Positions 31,386 to 43,359 of a stretch of 64,000 nucleotides of DNA are shown one piece after another. The notes below the pieces were generated by a model, which was not told the origin of the DNA, ran no database searches, and saw only the letters and a list, made by a program, of their open reading frames with translations. This stretch comes from an uncultured Clostridia bacterium (GTDB lineage Bacteria > Bacillota > Clostridia > TANB77 > CAG-508), in the NCBI GenBank assembly GCA_963557965.1, contig CAUWEX010000002.1:16451-80450 (forward strand), in the 5' to 3' direction. The translations under genes and the position numbers were made by a program. Position 1 is the stretch's first letter, and each line of letters begins with the position of its first letter.

Positions 31386-32369
31386 TTATTCACATTTTCT
31401 ATCTCTTGTCATTAAATTGTCTACAGCTTTTTGTGGTTCTAATCCGTTATAAATTACATTATAAACTGTTTCTATTATTGGCATATATGTATTATTTCTT
31501 TTACCTAATTCATATGCTACATCTATATTATCTATACTTTCTATTACCATACCAACTTCTTGCTTAGCCTCTTCTAAAGTTTTTCCTTGCCCTATAAGTT
31601 TTCCTGCTCTTCTATTTCTACTGTGTTCACTAAGGCATGTAACTATTAGATCACCTAATCCACTTAGTCCGTAAAATGTTTCTTGCTTTCCTCCTAAAGC
31701 TACTCCAAGTCTTGAAATTTCTCCTAAGCCTCTAGTTACAAGGGCAGCAAATGAGTTGTCTCCTAATCCAATTCCTGCTGCTACTCCTGCACAAAAAGCT
31801 ATAATATTTTTTAACGCTCCACCTAGTTCTAATCCTTTTACATCTGTTGAAGTATATATTCTCATTTTATTAGACATAAAAGCCTCTTGTATTGTATCTA
31901 AAATTTCTTGATGCTCAGATGCAATAACAAGTACAGTAGGACTACTTACTGCAACTTCTTCTGCATGACTTGGTCCTGTTAATACTCCTACTTTTGCGCT
32001 TGGCATTTCATCTTTTATTACTTCATCTAAAGTCTTTAATGTATCTTTTTCAAACCCCTTTGAACAGATGATAACTGGTTTTTCCCCTACGTAATCTTTA
32101 TATTGTTTAAAAATTTCTCTTGTAAATTTCGAAGGTGTTACATGTAATATAAATTCAGTGTCTAAAATAGTTTCTTCAAAATCTGTTGAACATGTTATGT
32201 TATCAGGGATTTCAACTCCTGGCAAGAACTTACACTTTCTATCATTATTTATCAATTCTTTTTCTTCTTCACAAAATGACCACACTTTAACATTATGACC
32301 ATTATTAGCTAAACATATAGCCAATGCCATTCCCCAACTTCCGCTTCCTATTATCGCTATATTCTTCAT
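31386..32369 (-). CDS. gpsA: NAD(P)H-dependent glycerol-3-phosphate dehydrogenase.
   Basis: It has MKNIAIIGSGSWGMALA (Rossmann fold) and the GpsA C-terminal domain. It is 327 aa. Confidence 0.9.
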   Translation of the reverse strand: MKNIAIIGSGSWGMALAICLANNGHNVKVWSFCEEEKELINNDRKCKFLPGVEIPDNITCSTDFEETILDTEFILHVTPSKFTREIFKQYKDYVGEKPVIICSKGFEKDTLKTLDEVIKDEMPSAKVGVLTGPSHAEEVAVSSPTVLVIASEHQEILDTIQEAFMSNKMRIYTSTDVKGLELGGALKNIIAFCAGVAAGIGLGDNSFAALVTRGLGEISRLGVALGGKQETFYGLSGLGDLIVTCLSEHSRNRRAGKLIGQGKTLEEAKQEVGMVIESIDNIDVAYELGKRNNTYMPIIETVYNVIYNGLEPQKAVDNLMTRDRKCE

Positions 32370-32391
32370 GAATATTCCTCCTTATCTTTTG

Positions 32392-33039
32392 CTATTTTAT
32401 TTTTTTAAAATCTAACTTGTTTTCTGTTCCATTTAATAATCTTTTTATATTAGATCTGTGATTATATAAAACTATTATTGCTAAAATAATACTATAAATT
32501 AAATATGCTTTCCCATCTTTTCCTTCTGTTAAAACTGTATAATGCTCATTAATAAATAATGTTAAAACTGGATATAAAACAGCTGCTGCACATGATCCAA
32601 GTGATACAATTCTAGTTAGTGCCATAAGTACAAGTGCAAAAACCAAGCAAATTAATCCTATCTGCCAGTTGCTTATTAATAAAACACCTAAAGATGTTGC
32701 AACACCTTTTCCGCCTTTAAATCCAAAAAATACAGGAAATGTATGTCCTAAAACAACTGCTATTCCGGCAATTTGCACTAACAACTCTTTGTTAAGATTA
32801 TCTACTATATTTCCTATAGCTACTGCAATACCAATAGCTATAACTCCTTTTAGTACATCGCAAATAAGTGTTAGTACTGCTGCTTTTTTTCCTACAGAAC
32901 GTAACACATTTGTGCTACCTGCATTTCCACTACCTTTTTCTCTAACATCAAATCCAGCCATTTTCTTACTTATAATGACTGAAAAACTTATACTTCCTAT
33001 TACATATGCAATTATTGCCATGATTATGTATAAAATCAT
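32392..33039 (-). CDS. plsY: Glycerol-3-phosphate acyltransferase PlsY.
   Basis: It is a multi-TM protein with …GSGNAGSTNVLR… and …FKGGKGVATS… motifs. Confidence 0.9.
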   Translation of the reverse strand: MILYIIMAIIAYVIGSISFSVIISKKMAGFDVREKGSGNAGSTNVLRSVGKKAAVLTLICDVLKGVIAIGIAVAIGNIVDNLNKELLVQIAGIAVVLGHTFPVFFGFKGGKGVATSLGVLLISNWQIGLICLVFALVLMALTRIVSLGSCAAAVLYPVLTLFINEHYTVLTEGKDGKAYLIYSIILAIIVLYNHRSNIKRLLNGTENKLDFKKIK

Positions 33040-34383
33040 TTAATATCCCTCCTTTAAGGCTTCTTTGTCTGATTTCTCTCTAACAATTATTCTTACAGGC
33101 GTTCCTTCTAACCCAAATTCTTTTCTTATCTGATTTACAAGATATCTTTCATACGAAAAATGGAATAAACTTTTGTCATTTACAAATACCACAAATGTTG
33201 GTGGTTTCGTAGAAACTTGTGTTCCATAATATATTTTCAAACGTTTTCCTTTATCTGATGGTGGTTGCACAATTGCAATCGCTTCATTTATAACTTGATT
33301 TAATACTGATGTTTTAATTCTCATACTATTTTGTTCTGCTACATGATTTATTAAATCAAATAATTTATTTACCCTTTGACCTGTTAAAGCTGAGATAAAT
33401 ATAATAGGAGCATATGAAAGATATTTTAATTTTTCGTAAATATCTCTTTTATATACTTCAATAGTATTAGTCTCTTTTTCTACGGCATCCCATTTGTTTA
33501 CTACTATTATTACACCTTTACCAGCTTCGTGTGCCTCTCCTGCAATTTTAGTATCTTGATCTGTTACACCTTGAGTAGCATCTATCATCATCAAACATAC
33601 ATCTGCTCTTTCAATTGCAAGCATTGTTCTTATGATACTATATTTTTCTATATCTTCTTTAATTTTACTTTTTCTTCTTAAACCTGCTGTATCTATTAAT
33701 ACATATTCGCCTTTATCATTTTTAAAATTTGTATCAATTGCATCTCTTGTAGTTCCTGGTATATCACTTACAATGCTTCTATTTTCCCCAATAATTTTAT
33801 TAACTAATGAAGATTTTCCTACGTTTGGTTTTCCTATTAATGCAACTTTAGTGATTAGTCCTTCATCCTCGTTTTCTACATCCTTTGGAAAATGTGAGTA
33901 AATTTCATCTAAAACATCTCCTATCCCAATAGCGTTAGCTGCTGAAATAGGGTGTGGATCTCCAATTCCTAAATTATAAAATTCATATATTTCATTTTGA
34001 TATTTTTCTAAATTATCTGCTTTATTACATACTAAAACAATTGGTTTTTTTGACCTTTTAAGCATTAAAGCAATCTCTTGGTCTGCAGCTGTTACACCTT
34101 GTCTAATATCAGTTAAGAATATTATAACATCTGCCATTGTTATTGCTAAATTTGCTTGTTCTCTCATTTGAGAAAGTATAATATCTTCTGAATCAGGCTC
34201 AATTCCTCCAGTATCTATTAATGTAAAATCTCTTCCCCTCCAATTTGTTTCAGCATAAATTCTATCTCTAGTTACACCTGGTGTGTCTTGTACAATAGAA
34301 ATTCTTGTTCCTGCTAAATAATTAAAAAATGTAGATTTACCAACATTTGGTTTTCCTATTATTGCTACAATCGGTTTTGACAT
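33040..34383 (-). CDS. der: GTPase Der (EngA), with tandem GTP-binding domains.
   Basis: It has two G-domains (GKPNVGKST… and [10 protein letters not shown]…), DTGG/DTAG motifs and a C-terminal KH-like domain. Confidence 0.9.
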   Translation of the reverse strand: MSKPIVAIIGKPNVGKSTFFNYLAGTRISIVQDTPGVTRDRIYAETNWRGRDFTLIDTGGIEPDSEDIILSQMREQANLAITMADVIIFLTDIRQGVTAADQEIALMLKRSKKPIVLVCNKADNLEKYQNEIYEFYNLGIGDPHPISAANAIGIGDVLDEIYSHFPKDVENEDEGLITKVALIGKPNVGKSSLVNKIIGENRSIVSDIPGTTRDAIDTNFKNDKGEYVLIDTAGLRRKSKIKEDIEKYSIIRTMLAIERADVCLMMIDATQGVTDQDTKIAGEAHEAGKGVIIVVNKWDAVEKETNTIEVYKRDIYEKLKYLSYAPIIFISALTGQRVNKLFDLINHVAEQNSMRIKTSVLNQVINEAIAIVQPPSDKGKRLKIYYGTQVSTKPPTFVVFVNDKSLFHFSYERYLVNQIRKEFGLEGTPVRIIVREKSDKEALKEGY

Positions 34384-34450
34384 TTTCTTCTCCTTTTTAT
34401 AATCTTTTTACACGTGTTTATAGTATATCATATTTTATAGTTAAATAACA

Positions 34451-34486
34451 ACAAAAAAGCAAAATTTCGTATTTTGAAATTTTGCC
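34451..34486 (-). terminator. Rho-independent terminator downstream of pyk.
   Basis: It has a perfect 10-bp stem (GCAAAATTTC/GAAATTTTGC) followed by a U-run on the minus strand. Confidence 0.65.
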
Positions 34487-34512
34487 TTTAAGCTTTTAAT
34501 TTATCGCTGTTA

Positions 34513-35955
34513 CTAGATTTTTATACATCCACCGATAACTTTTCCTTTATCGTGTTTTGGTAGAGCTGAAGCTCCTCCAGCTAGAACTACCATATCTCCT
34601 TCTTCTAGTAATCCAGTTTCTTTTAATTTTTTGATACCTGCATTTATAGTATCTTCAATTGTTGCTTCATCTTTACATAATACTGGTGTTGCATTAAATA
34701 CAATTGCTAATTGGTTAAATGTTTTTTCATCATCTGTTATTGCAAATACTGGACATTCTGTAGCTAATGATGCTAATTTTTCTATTGAACTTCCTGTGTG
34801 TGTATATGCCACAATTGCGTCTGCTGCAATTTGTTCAGCTGTAACTGCTGTTGTATATGCTAATGCTTCTTCCATGTCTTTTTTATTATGGTCAAAACTT
34901 CTTTTATAAAATCTCTTCCAATAATGAATTGAACTTTCTGTAGATTTTGATATTTTTGTCATTGCTTCTATACATTCTACAGGATATTTACCCATAGCAC
35001 ATTCTCCTGATAACATGATATCACTTGTAACATCATATACTGCATTTGAAACGTCGCTTACTTCAGCTCTCGTTGGTCTTGGGTTTTGAGTCATTGATTC
35101 AAGCATTTGTGTTGCTGTAACAACTGGTTTTCCAACTTTATTACATTTTTTTATAATTAATTTTTGTTGTACTGGTACTTCTTCCATTGGAATTTCTACT
35201 CCCATATCACCACGAGCAACCATAATTCCGTCTGATTCTTCTAATATTTCATCAAAATTGTCGATTCCTTCTTGACATTCAATTTTAGAAATTATTTTAA
35301 TTCTTTCTCCACCATTATCGTTTAATAATTTTCTCATATCTTTTACGTCTTGTGCTTTTCTTACAAATGATGCAGCAATATAATCAAATCCTGCTGGAAT
35401 TCCTTGTGTTATATCTTTTATATCTTTTTCAGATAAGAAGTCCATTTGAATATTTACAGTTGGTATATTCATTGTTTTTCTGCTTCCTAATTTTGCAGTG
35501 TTTAAAGCCACGCAAACAATATCTTTGTCTTTTATTTCTGTAACTCTAAATTTTAAAGCTCCATCATCAACTAAAATTTCTGTTCCTACTTCTATTTCGT
35601 TATATAGGTTTTTGTAAGTTAATGTTGTTTTTTCATTGTTTCCAATAATATCGTCGTGAACAAATGTAAATGTTTGTCCTTCTTTGATTTCTACTTTCTC
35701 ATTTCCTGTTTCTAGTACACCTGTTCTAATTTCAGGACCTTTTGTATCTAACATTAATGCAACTGGTTTTCCTAATTTTGCTCTAACTCTTTTGATTGTT
35801 TCGATTTTTTCTTTGTTCTCTTCATATCCACCATGTGAAAAGTTAATTCTTGCTACATTTAATCCTGTTTCAACTAATTTTGTAAACATTTCTTCACTTT
35901 CACTAGCAGGTCCTATTGTTCCGATTATTTTTGTTTTTCTTAATTTTGTGTTCAT
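34513..35955 (-). CDS. pyk: Pyruvate kinase.
   Basis: It has KIIGTIGPAS, …MVARGDMGVEIP… and PK barrel plus C-terminal domains. It is 480 aa. Confidence 0.85.
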   Translation of the reverse strand: MNTKLRKTKIIGTIGPASESEEMFTKLVETGLNVARINFSHGGYEENKEKIETIKRVRAKLGKPVALMLDTKGPEIRTGVLETGNEKVEIKEGQTFTFVHDDIIGNNEKTTLTYKNLYNEIEVGTEILVDDGALKFRVTEIKDKDIVCVALNTAKLGSRKTMNIPTVNIQMDFLSEKDIKDITQGIPAGFDYIAASFVRKAQDVKDMRKLLNDNGGERIKIISKIECQEGIDNFDEILEESDGIMVARGDMGVEIPMEEVPVQQKLIIKKCNKVGKPVVTATQMLESMTQNPRPTRAEVSDVSNAVYDVTSDIMLSGECAMGKYPVECIEAMTKISKSTESSIHYWKRFYKRSFDHNKKDMEEALAYTTAVTAEQIAADAIVAYTHTGSSIEKLASLATECPVFAITDDEKTFNQLAIVFNATPVLCKDEATIEDTINAGIKKLKETGLLEEGDMVVLAGGASALPKHDKGKVIGGCIKI

Positions 35956-36080
35956 TACAAATTCCTCCCTTTTTTTACCGTATCCTATTATACCACAGTT
36001 TCAACGATTTTCAAGATTTTTAGTCATATTTTTAGATATTTTTTGTTCTTTTTTATGATTTTTAGTAGTTTTAATCGCTT

Positions 36081-36803
36081 CTAATATAGTTCTATTACTG
36101 CATGTAGTTTTTTTTCATCTTGGCTTTTAATAACAACTATATGTTTATTTTTTTCCTTTACATATTGGCATTTTACTGTATCCCCAAACATTATCTCTTT
36201 TTTATACATAATTCTAACATTATCAAATGGCCTATCTTCCTGATATACATCCTCTGGTAGGGCTTCATATGCTAGATCTAAATAATATAAATTATGCATA
36301 TGCTTATTAATATCAATGTCTTTTCTTATGACTGTATATTCTACTTCAGATGTAAATTTTTCTGGTACCTCTAATTTGTCTATATCTGGATTATCAAAAA
36401 CATGTCTATCTTCTGGCTTATATTTATCTATAATATCCTCTGTTATTCTAGTCATTTTTCTTTTTTCTATATTTATTAGTGTCCACTTAGAGCTTGCAAT
36501 TGCAACTAATTCTCCATTTGAATATATTTCAAAATCTCTATATGTAAAAAACTTATTAGCCGTTCTAGACCATGTAACAACTTTTATATCTTGTCCATAT
36601 TTAGGCCTATTTTTTATTTCTAATTTCCAATCTAATAATATCCAAGTAAGTTTAATTTTAGCAGTATCATTTGCTCCGAAACCAACTAAGTCTGAATGGT
36701 ATGCTGCTATATTCTCTAATATTTCAAGCATTGCTCTATTTTTTATTAAATTATCTATTCCTATATCTTTTAGTCCCATTTTAAATGTATCTTCAAATAA
36801 CAT
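36081..36803 (-). CDS. Acyl-ACP thioesterase (FatA/FatB-like hotdog fold).
   Basis: It is 240 aa with acyl-ACP thioesterase family similarity (…NNAAYLRYCLD-like hot-dog halves). The assignment is by overall pattern. Confidence 0.55.
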   Translation of the reverse strand: MLFEDTFKMGLKDIGIDNLIKNRAMLEILENIAAYHSDLVGFGANDTAKIKLTWILLDWKLEIKNRPKYGQDIKVVTWSRTANKFFTYRDFEIYSNGELVAIASSKWTLINIEKRKMTRITEDIIDKYKPEDRHVFDNPDIDKLEVPEKFTSEVEYTVIRKDIDINKHMHNLYYLDLAYEALPEDVYQEDRPFDNVRIMYKKEIMFGDTVKCQYVKEKNKHIVVIKSQDEKKLHAVIELY

Positions 36804-36876
36804 TTTTATTCCTTCTTTCTCTGCATCCCTTATACTTGCTTAGAGAGTGTCATATCAAGACACTCTCTAAAATATT

Positions 36877-38184
36877 TTAATATCCTGGTTTTTTTAATAA
36901 TTTAAACATATTTTTCTTATATTCTTCTACTCCTGGCTGATTAAAAGGATTTACTCCTAATATATATCCAGACATTGCACATGCTTTTTCAAAGAAATAA
37001 ATTAATTCTCCTAAATTAGTCTCATCTAATTTATTCATTTCTATCATGATATTAGGTACATCTCCTGATACGTGCGCCTTAATAGTACCTTCCATAGCTT
37101 TTTTGTTTACATAGTCCATTTTCTTTCCAGCTAAATAATTTAACCCATCTAAATTATCGTCATCTGAATTTATAGTAAGGTCTAAATTAGGATGTTTTAT
37201 CGATACAACTGTTTCGAATAAGTTACGTCTTCCCTGTTGAATATATTGTCCCATAGAGTGTAAATCAGTTGTATTGTCTACTCCTACTGGTAAAATTCCT
37301 TTTTCATCTTTCCCTTCGCTTTCTCCAAATAATTGCTTCCACCATTCTGTAAAATAGTGCATTTTAGGTTCATAGTTTACTAATATTTCTGTATTTTTAT
37401 ATAATTTATACAAAATATTTCTAACTACTGCATATTGATAACATTCGTTATATTTTAAGTTTGGATCATTATATCTTTCTTGTGCAATACGAGCACCTTC
37501 CATTAACTTATCTATATCAATTCCTGCAACAGCAATAGGTAACAATCCAACTGCTGTTAATACAGAATATCTACCTCCTACATTATCTGGAACTACAAAT
37601 TGCTCATATCCTTCATTTTCTGCTAATGTTTTAAGTGCCCCTTTTGCTTTATCTGTTGTTGCATATATTCTGCTTCTTGCTTCATCAATTCCATATTTAT
37701 TTTCCAAGATTTCTCTAAATACTCTAAATGCAACTGCTGGCTCTGTAGTAGTTCCTGATTTAGAAATTACATTTACAGAAAAATCTTTATCTCCTATATA
37801 TTCTATTAGCTCACTTAAATAATTAGGGCTCAAATTGTTTCCTGCATATACAATTTGAGGAAATTTTCTTTCTTTTGCAGAAAGCATATTGTTAAAAGAA
37901 CTTGTAAGTGCCTCTATTACCGCCCTTGCTCCAAGGTATGAACCTCCGATGCCTATTACAACTAATATATCAGATTCTTTCTTTATTTTTTGAGCTGCCT
38001 TTTTTATTCTTTTAAACTCCTCTTTATCATAATTTGTTGGTAATTCTAGCCATCCAACAAAATCTTTTTCATCTTCTGCTCTTTTATGTAAGTCTTTATG
38101 AATATTTTCTACTTGTGCTTTATATTCCATAATTTGTTTTTGTATAATTCCACTATCATTTAATTTTAATTTAAATTCTGCCAT
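36877..38184 (-). CDS. pgi: Glucose-6-phosphate isomerase.
   Basis: It is 435 aa with …[14 protein letters not shown]… and …[14 protein letters not shown]… motifs. Confidence 0.9.
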   Translation of the reverse strand: MAEFKLKLNDSGIIQKQIMEYKAQVENIHKDLHKRAEDEKDFVGWLELPTNYDKEEFKRIKKAAQKIKKESDILVVIGIGGSYLGARAVIEALTSSFNNMLSAKERKFPQIVYAGNNLSPNYLSELIEYIGDKDFSVNVISKSGTTTEPAVAFRVFREILENKYGIDEARSRIYATTDKAKGALKTLAENEGYEQFVVPDNVGGRYSVLTAVGLLPIAVAGIDIDKLMEGARIAQERYNDPNLKYNECYQYAVVRNILYKLYKNTEILVNYEPKMHYFTEWWKQLFGESEGKDEKGILPVGVDNTTDLHSMGQYIQQGRRNLFETVVSIKHPNLDLTINSDDDNLDGLNYLAGKKMDYVNKKAMEGTIKAHVSGDVPNIMIEMNKLDETNLGELIYFFEKACAMSGYILGVNPFNQPGVEEYKKNMFKLLKKPGY

Positions 38185-38268
38185 GTGTATCCCTCAACTT
38201 TCTTTAGAATTTGTAAATACATTATATACAAACAAGTATCATAATTCAAGTAGAAATTTCTATTTTTC

Positions 38269-39450
38269 TTACAATTCTCCCATAACTTTTGCTAAATATT
38301 TCATGCTAGTTAAGCATTGTTCTAAGGTATTACCTGTTGCCCCAACTTCTATTATATTAGCAAATTTTCCTGTATGTTGATTATATCTTGATTTTGTAAG
38401 CATTATATTTTTAAATAATCCTGGATACATTTCTTCCGCTTTTTCTTGAACTTTAACTGCAAATTTTAAATTTTGGTTCCAATTAGGATGCCATAACCCT
38501 CCATTGTTAGTTCCTATTACAAACATTATCTGTGCAGCTTCTTCTTCTCCTATTTTTACAGTTGGTGCATAATCACTTCTTGAGCCTATTGCATCTCTAT
38601 GTAAATCAATTATAATATCACTTGGGTTATTTTTTGTAATGTTCTCAACCGTTTTAAGTGATTTTGTATATGATCCATTATATGATGGATAATCATGATA
38701 ATCTGTGCTATGTATTACATTATAATTATATTTTTTAAGTTCATTTTCTAATTCCGTTCCAACTCTTGTAACTGTATAATTTAAATCTGTTGTTCTATAA
38801 TTTCCTGTTGGAGTATATGGAAATTTTTCACTTGATGTATAACTTTCACAACTATGAGTGTGAAATATTATTACATTTCTATTTTCTATTGTAATATCTG
38901 GTTTTAACATTTCTTCTGTTAATGCATATTCTGTCTCGTTTTTTATTTTAACTTTTCCGTATTGAGCATTTGTTTTTTCTTTAATTGGATTTTGGGTAAT
39001 AATTTGAGTTGCTATTCCTGCAGTTGCTATAGCATTTTCTTGATTTTCATTATTGTTTTTATCTTTATTGTCGTTATTTTCTTCTTTTTTCGCAAGATTT
39101 TCATTTTTATTTTCATCTTGTATTTTTCTTTCTTCCATATCATCTAATGCTTTTGCAGAACTAATTTGAGTTTCCAACATAGCTTTTAAAATATTTTTTT
39201 CTTCTTTGTGGTCATCTTCTTTAGCAACTTTTCTATATTCTTGATTTATATTTTTAGCAACAGGCATTACTTCTTCTAACGCACCTAACATGCTGGTTTT
39301 AGGCAAAATATCTATTTTGTTGTTGTTTTTTAGAGCTTCTTTTTTTGATAAAATTCCATTCCATAAAATAGTTATAAATAATATTATAAAAATACTCCCT
39401 GCAAGAATTTTGAATAAATCTTTTAAACGTAATATAGCTACATTAAACAT
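38269..39450 (-). CDS. spoIIP: Stage II sporulation protein P (engulfment amidase).
   Basis: It has an N-terminal TM segment and a SpoIIP domain (…IIFHTHSCESY…, …RYNQHTGKFANIIEVG…NTLEQ…). Confidence 0.8.
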   Translation of the reverse strand: MFNVAILRLKDLFKILAGSIFIILFITILWNGILSKKEALKNNNKIDILPKTSMLGALEEVMPVAKNINQEYRKVAKEDDHKEEKNILKAMLETQISSAKALDDMEERKIQDENKNENLAKKEENNDNKDKNNNENQENAIATAGIATQIITQNPIKEKTNAQYGKVKIKNETEYALTEEMLKPDITIENRNVIIFHTHSCESYTSSEKFPYTPTGNYRTTDLNYTVTRVGTELENELKKYNYNVIHSTDYHDYPSYNGSYTKSLKTVENITKNNPSDIIIDLHRDAIGSRSDYAPTVKIGEEEAAQIMFVIGTNNGGLWHPNWNQNLKFAVKVQEKAEEMYPGLFKNIMLTKSRYNQHTGKFANIIEVGATGNTLEQCLTSMKYLAKVMGEL

Positions 39451-39603
39451 ATTTTTCTCCTTATCTTAAGTTTGCTATAAATATATATATTCAATAGTAG
39501 CTCTAATTATTACTAAAATAAGAAAAATAGCTTTGCCATATTTTCTTAAGTTTTCGAATGCAATGAGAAAATTTTAACGCAATAGCAATTATGTTTTTCC
39601 TAC

Positions 39604-39650
39604 ACAAAAAAATCCGATTTAAAATTAAATTTTAAACCGAATTTTTTTAA
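39604..39650. terminator. AT-rich hairpin flanked by an A-run and a T-run, a likely bidirectional terminator.
   Basis: Read directly downstream of the 39652..39990 gene. Confidence 0.4.
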
Positions 39651-39651
39651 A

Positions 39652-39990
39652 TTAAACTTTTTTCCAAAACCATTCTAAACTATTATCTAGACTTTTCTTT
39701 CCCATCTTCTTTGTTTCAATATCATCTACCCATAAATATGAGAAAAATGAAATAAACACAAAAATGAAGTCAATTACAATACATCTAGATAGTGTACTTA
39801 ACATATATCTAAATTCTTCTGATAGTGTAGCTACTTGTGCTACATGTACCACTAAAAGAACTAGATAAAATAACAACATTACTGCAACTACAATACTTTT
39901 TTTTACTTCTTGTGCTAAAAAAACCATTAATATTGTTACAGCTAGCATAAGTAATAAGGTTAGTGGATTAGAGATGTCAAACAAAAACAT
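39652..39990 (-). CDS. Small hypothetical membrane protein (112 aa).
   Basis: It has three predicted TM helices and no recognisable motif. Confidence 0.45.
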   Translation of the reverse strand: MFLFDISNPLTLLLMLAVTILMVFLAQEVKKSIVVAVMLLFYLVLLVVHVAQVATLSEEFRYMLSTLSRCIVIDFIFVFISFFSYLWVDDIETKKMGKKSLDNSLEWFWKKV

Positions 39991-40094
39991 TTTTCACCCT
40001 CCATTTTCTTTAGTTAATATAGTTATATATTATCATTGTCGTAACATAAAATCAATAATTTCATATTACAATTATATTACGTTTGTATGTCATG

Positions 40095-41460
40095 CTATTT
40101 TAGTTTCTTTTCAATCAAGTCTGCAATTTCTTGAGCTTTTTTTGTAATATATTCTTGATCTTCGCCTTCTATCATAACTCTAACTAATGGTTCTGTTCCT
40201 GATGGTCTTATCAAAACTCTACCATTTCCAGCAAATTCTCTTTCTAATTTTTCGATAGCTTCTTTTATTTCTTCGTCTTTTTCATAATCATATTTTTTAG
40301 AACTGTCTACTTTAGCATTAATTAATATTTGTGGATATAGTTTTACGATACTTGCTAACTCTGATGCTTTTGCGTTTTCTTCAAGCATCGCTGTAATTAA
40401 CATTAGTGATGTTAATATACCGTCTCCTGTTGGATTGTAATCTAATAATATTACATGTCCTGATTGTTCTCCACCTAAGTTATATCCATCTTTTAACATT
40501 TCTTCTAAAACGTATCTATCTCCAACTTTTGTTTGCAATAATTCCATTCCATTATCTCTGGCATATTTATTAAGCCCTAAATTGCTCATGACAGTTGCAA
40601 CTATCGTATCTTTTTGAAGTTTACCTTTTCTTTTTAGGCTTTGTGAAATAATTGCAAGTAATTTATCTCCATCTATTTCATTCCCTTTTTCGTCTACAGC
40701 TAAACATCTATCTCCATCGCCATCATATGCAACACCAAGACTCATATGGTTTTCTACAACATATTTTTTTAGTCCTTCTAAATGTGTTGAACCGCAATTA
40801 TCATTAATATTAATTCCATCAGGGTTATTGTTTATAATTCTATAATTAATACCTAATGCTTTAAATACTTTTTCTGCTACAACTGATGTTGCTCCATTTG
40901 CAGTGTCTAAAGCCACAACAAAATCATTATTATTATATTGGTCTATTACGTCGTCAAAGTTTTTTCTAAAGAAGTATACATATTCATCCATTAAATCTAA
41001 TGCATATTCTGAAACTCCTATTTTTTCGTTTTTAGCAGTTAGTTCTTCTAATTTCCCTGATTCCATTATTTCTTCTATTTCTTCTTCTAATGTATCAGGA
41101 ATTTTCATTCCTTTATTACTAAAATATTTTATTCCATTAAATTCGTATGTGTTGTGTGAAGCAGATATAACAACACTTGCGTCTGCATTTAATTTTCTTG
41201 TTAAATATGCAACTCCAGGTGTTGGCAAAACTCCTAACAATTTTACATTTGCTCCATAACTTAAAAATCCTGCTACCATAGCACTTTCTATTAATGTTCC
41301 AGAAATACGTGTATCTCTTCCTATTAAAATTGTTGGTGTATGATCTGTATGTTTTGAAAGAACATATGCACCAGCTTTAGCTACTTTATATACAAGCTCT
41401 GGTGTTAACTCAGTGTTAGCAATTCTTCTTATTCCATCAGTTCCAAAATATTTTCTCATA
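40095..41460 (-). CDS. glmM: Phosphoglucosamine mutase.
   Basis: It has MRKYFGTDGIRR…, the phosphoserine loop ISASHN(T) and a C-terminal …GEQSGH… motif. The start at 41460 has an AGGAAG RBS. The loop has Thr where the family has Pro. Confidence 0.85.
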
Positions 41461-41512
41461 ATATTACTTCCTATCATTTTATATTTAGATTTTTATAATG
41501 GTATCTATAAAC

Positions 41513-42328
41513 CTATTTCTTTAACATGTTTTTAAATTTATTCATTGCATCTTCTGTATATAGTGATATTTTTTCTTTAACAGATAATTCCACTTTATGT
41601 GGCTGTCTAATATCTATTCTTTTGTTTTGTACTACTAATTGAGGATTTATTGTTGTAAGTTCTTGAACTTTTGCCTCTCCTATAATTCCCGTTAATTCTG
41701 CAATTATTTCAGGAATTTTTGGATAAATTGTATTTTGTCTATGCACATCTGATCCAAGCAAATGTATCATATTATTTTCAAGAAATTTTTTCACTATCAT
41801 TTCTGCTTTTTTCCCATATTGTCCTATAATACTTCCATAATTTGCTTGCATCAATACGCCTTTTTCAATTAAGTCATATATTAATTCAGGATCAGTTTGA
41901 ACAAAACTATATCTTTCTGGATGTGCTAGAATTGGCACAATTTTATATTGTTGCATTTCATAAACTACGTCATATAGGTTCATAGGCTCTGCATTCATTG
42001 GTAATTCGAATAGCACATAACTTGTATCATTCATTGTTGTTGCTTTCCCATCTTCCAACAAGCGAATAATATTTTCTGACATATATATTTCATTTCCCAA
42101 ATATAAGTCCATTTCTATATTTTTGTTTTTTAAATTTTCTTGTATTGCATTTATCCATACTTCTCTTTCAGGTCTATTAGTTTCATAATAATTTTCCATA
42201 TAATGTGATGTACATATTATCCCATCAAATCCTGCTTGTTTGGCTTCTTTAATTAAGTTAAATGTTTCTTCAATACTCCTTGAGCCATCATCAATGTTTG
42301 GTAATATGTGTGAATGAATGTCTATCAT
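41513..42328 (-). CDS. PHP-family protein-tyrosine phosphatase (CpsB/YwqE-like).
   Basis: It starts MIDIHSHILPNIDDGS…, a His-rich PHP-domain metal site. Confidence 0.85.
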   Translation of the reverse strand: MIDIHSHILPNIDDGSRSIEETFNLIKEAKQAGFDGIICTSHYMENYYETNRPEREVWINAIQENLKNKNIEMDLYLGNEIYMSENIIRLLEDGKATTMNDTSYVLFELPMNAEPMNLYDVVYEMQQYKIVPILAHPERYSFVQTDPELIYDLIEKGVLMQANYGSIIGQYGKKAEMIVKKFLENNMIHLLGSDVHRQNTIYPKIPEIIAELTGIIGEAKVQELTTINPQLVVQNKRIDIRQPHKVELSVKEKISLYTEDAMNKFKNMLKK

Positions 42329-42351
42329 TGTATTTCTCCTTTTGTCCCCTA

Positions 42352-43359
42352 TTAATTCATGTTATTTTTTTCATCATCTAAATACTGATTAATTTGATTT
42401 AATATTTCTGTTGTTTTTTCTGCTGATACTTCTTCTTTATTTTCTATCTTGATTTTATTTTGCAAAGCTTTTGGCATTTCATCATTGTTTAAATTGTTGT
42501 TTCTATCAATTTGACGTCTATGAGCTTCAGCTTGTGGCTTTGTTTGTACATTTCTTTTACTTTCTTGTGCCATCATATTAGAGGCTCTATTATACATAGA
42601 TGAATTAGTTCTTTTTGGCATTTGTCTTGATGTTGGTCGACTTGTAGGTTTTACTTTTGCCATAGATGTTGAGCCATAATAATATGATTGTTCATATTTT
42701 TTGGCATTCATTGGAATTTTGTTTACAACAATTCCCGCTATTTTTCCTCCAACGTTTTGGATATTTCCCACAACTCTTTTTAAATCTTCCTTTTTAGTAG
42801 CTTTACTTGCTGTTACTATTAAAGTTGTATCAACTAATCTTGTTAAAATTAATGCATCTGTAACTAATTGGCTTGGTGGTCCATCAATTATAATAATATC
42901 ACAGATATCTTTTAGCCTATCTAATAAATCAACCATTTGTGGTGCTATTAAAAGTTCTGCTGGGTTTGGTGGAATATTACCAGCTGAAATTAAATATAGT
43001 CCATCTATTTCTGTTTCTTGTATAAAATCTGCTAAATCTAAATCTTCTTCCTCATCATTTGCTCCTACTCCTGATAAATAATTAGAAAGACCTGGTTTTG
43101 GTGAAACTCCAAAAATTGAATATTGCCTTCCTTTTCTCATGTCGGCATCAATTATTACAACTTTTTTTCCAGCTTGAGCAAAAGTTACAGCTAAGTTTGA
43201 AGATACCCAACTTTTACCTTCTCCTGGAAGTGTTGATGTAACTAGTATCGTTTTTAGCTTTCCTTTTGTGTTCATAAATTGTATATTTGTTCTTAATGTT
43301 CTAAATACTTCTGATATAGGAGATTTTGGGTCTTGATGTACTATTAATTCTCTTTTCAT
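42352..43359 (-). CDS. BY-kinase ATPase (CpsD/YwqD-like tyrosine autokinase) with an extended C-terminal tail.
   Basis: Walker A is …TSTLPGEGKSWVSSNLA… and Walker A' is …VVIIDADMRKG…. The C-terminal tyrosine cluster is …YEQSYYYGS…. Confidence 0.85.
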   Translation of the reverse strand: MKRELIVHQDPKSPISEVFRTLRTNIQFMNTKGKLKTILVTSTLPGEGKSWVSSNLAVTFAQAGKKVVIIDADMRKGRQYSIFGVSPKPGLSNYLSGVGANDEEEDLDLADFIQETEIDGLYLISAGNIPPNPAELLIAPQMVDLLDRLKDICDIIIIDGPPSQLVTDALILTRLVDTTLIVTASKATKKEDLKRVVGNIQNVGGKIAGIVVNKIPMNAKKYEQSYYYGSTSMAKVKPTSRPTSRQMPKRTNSSMYNRASNMMAQESKRNVQTKPQAEAHRRQIDRNNNLNNDEMPKALQNKIKIENKEEVSAEKTTEILNQINQYLDDEKNNMN

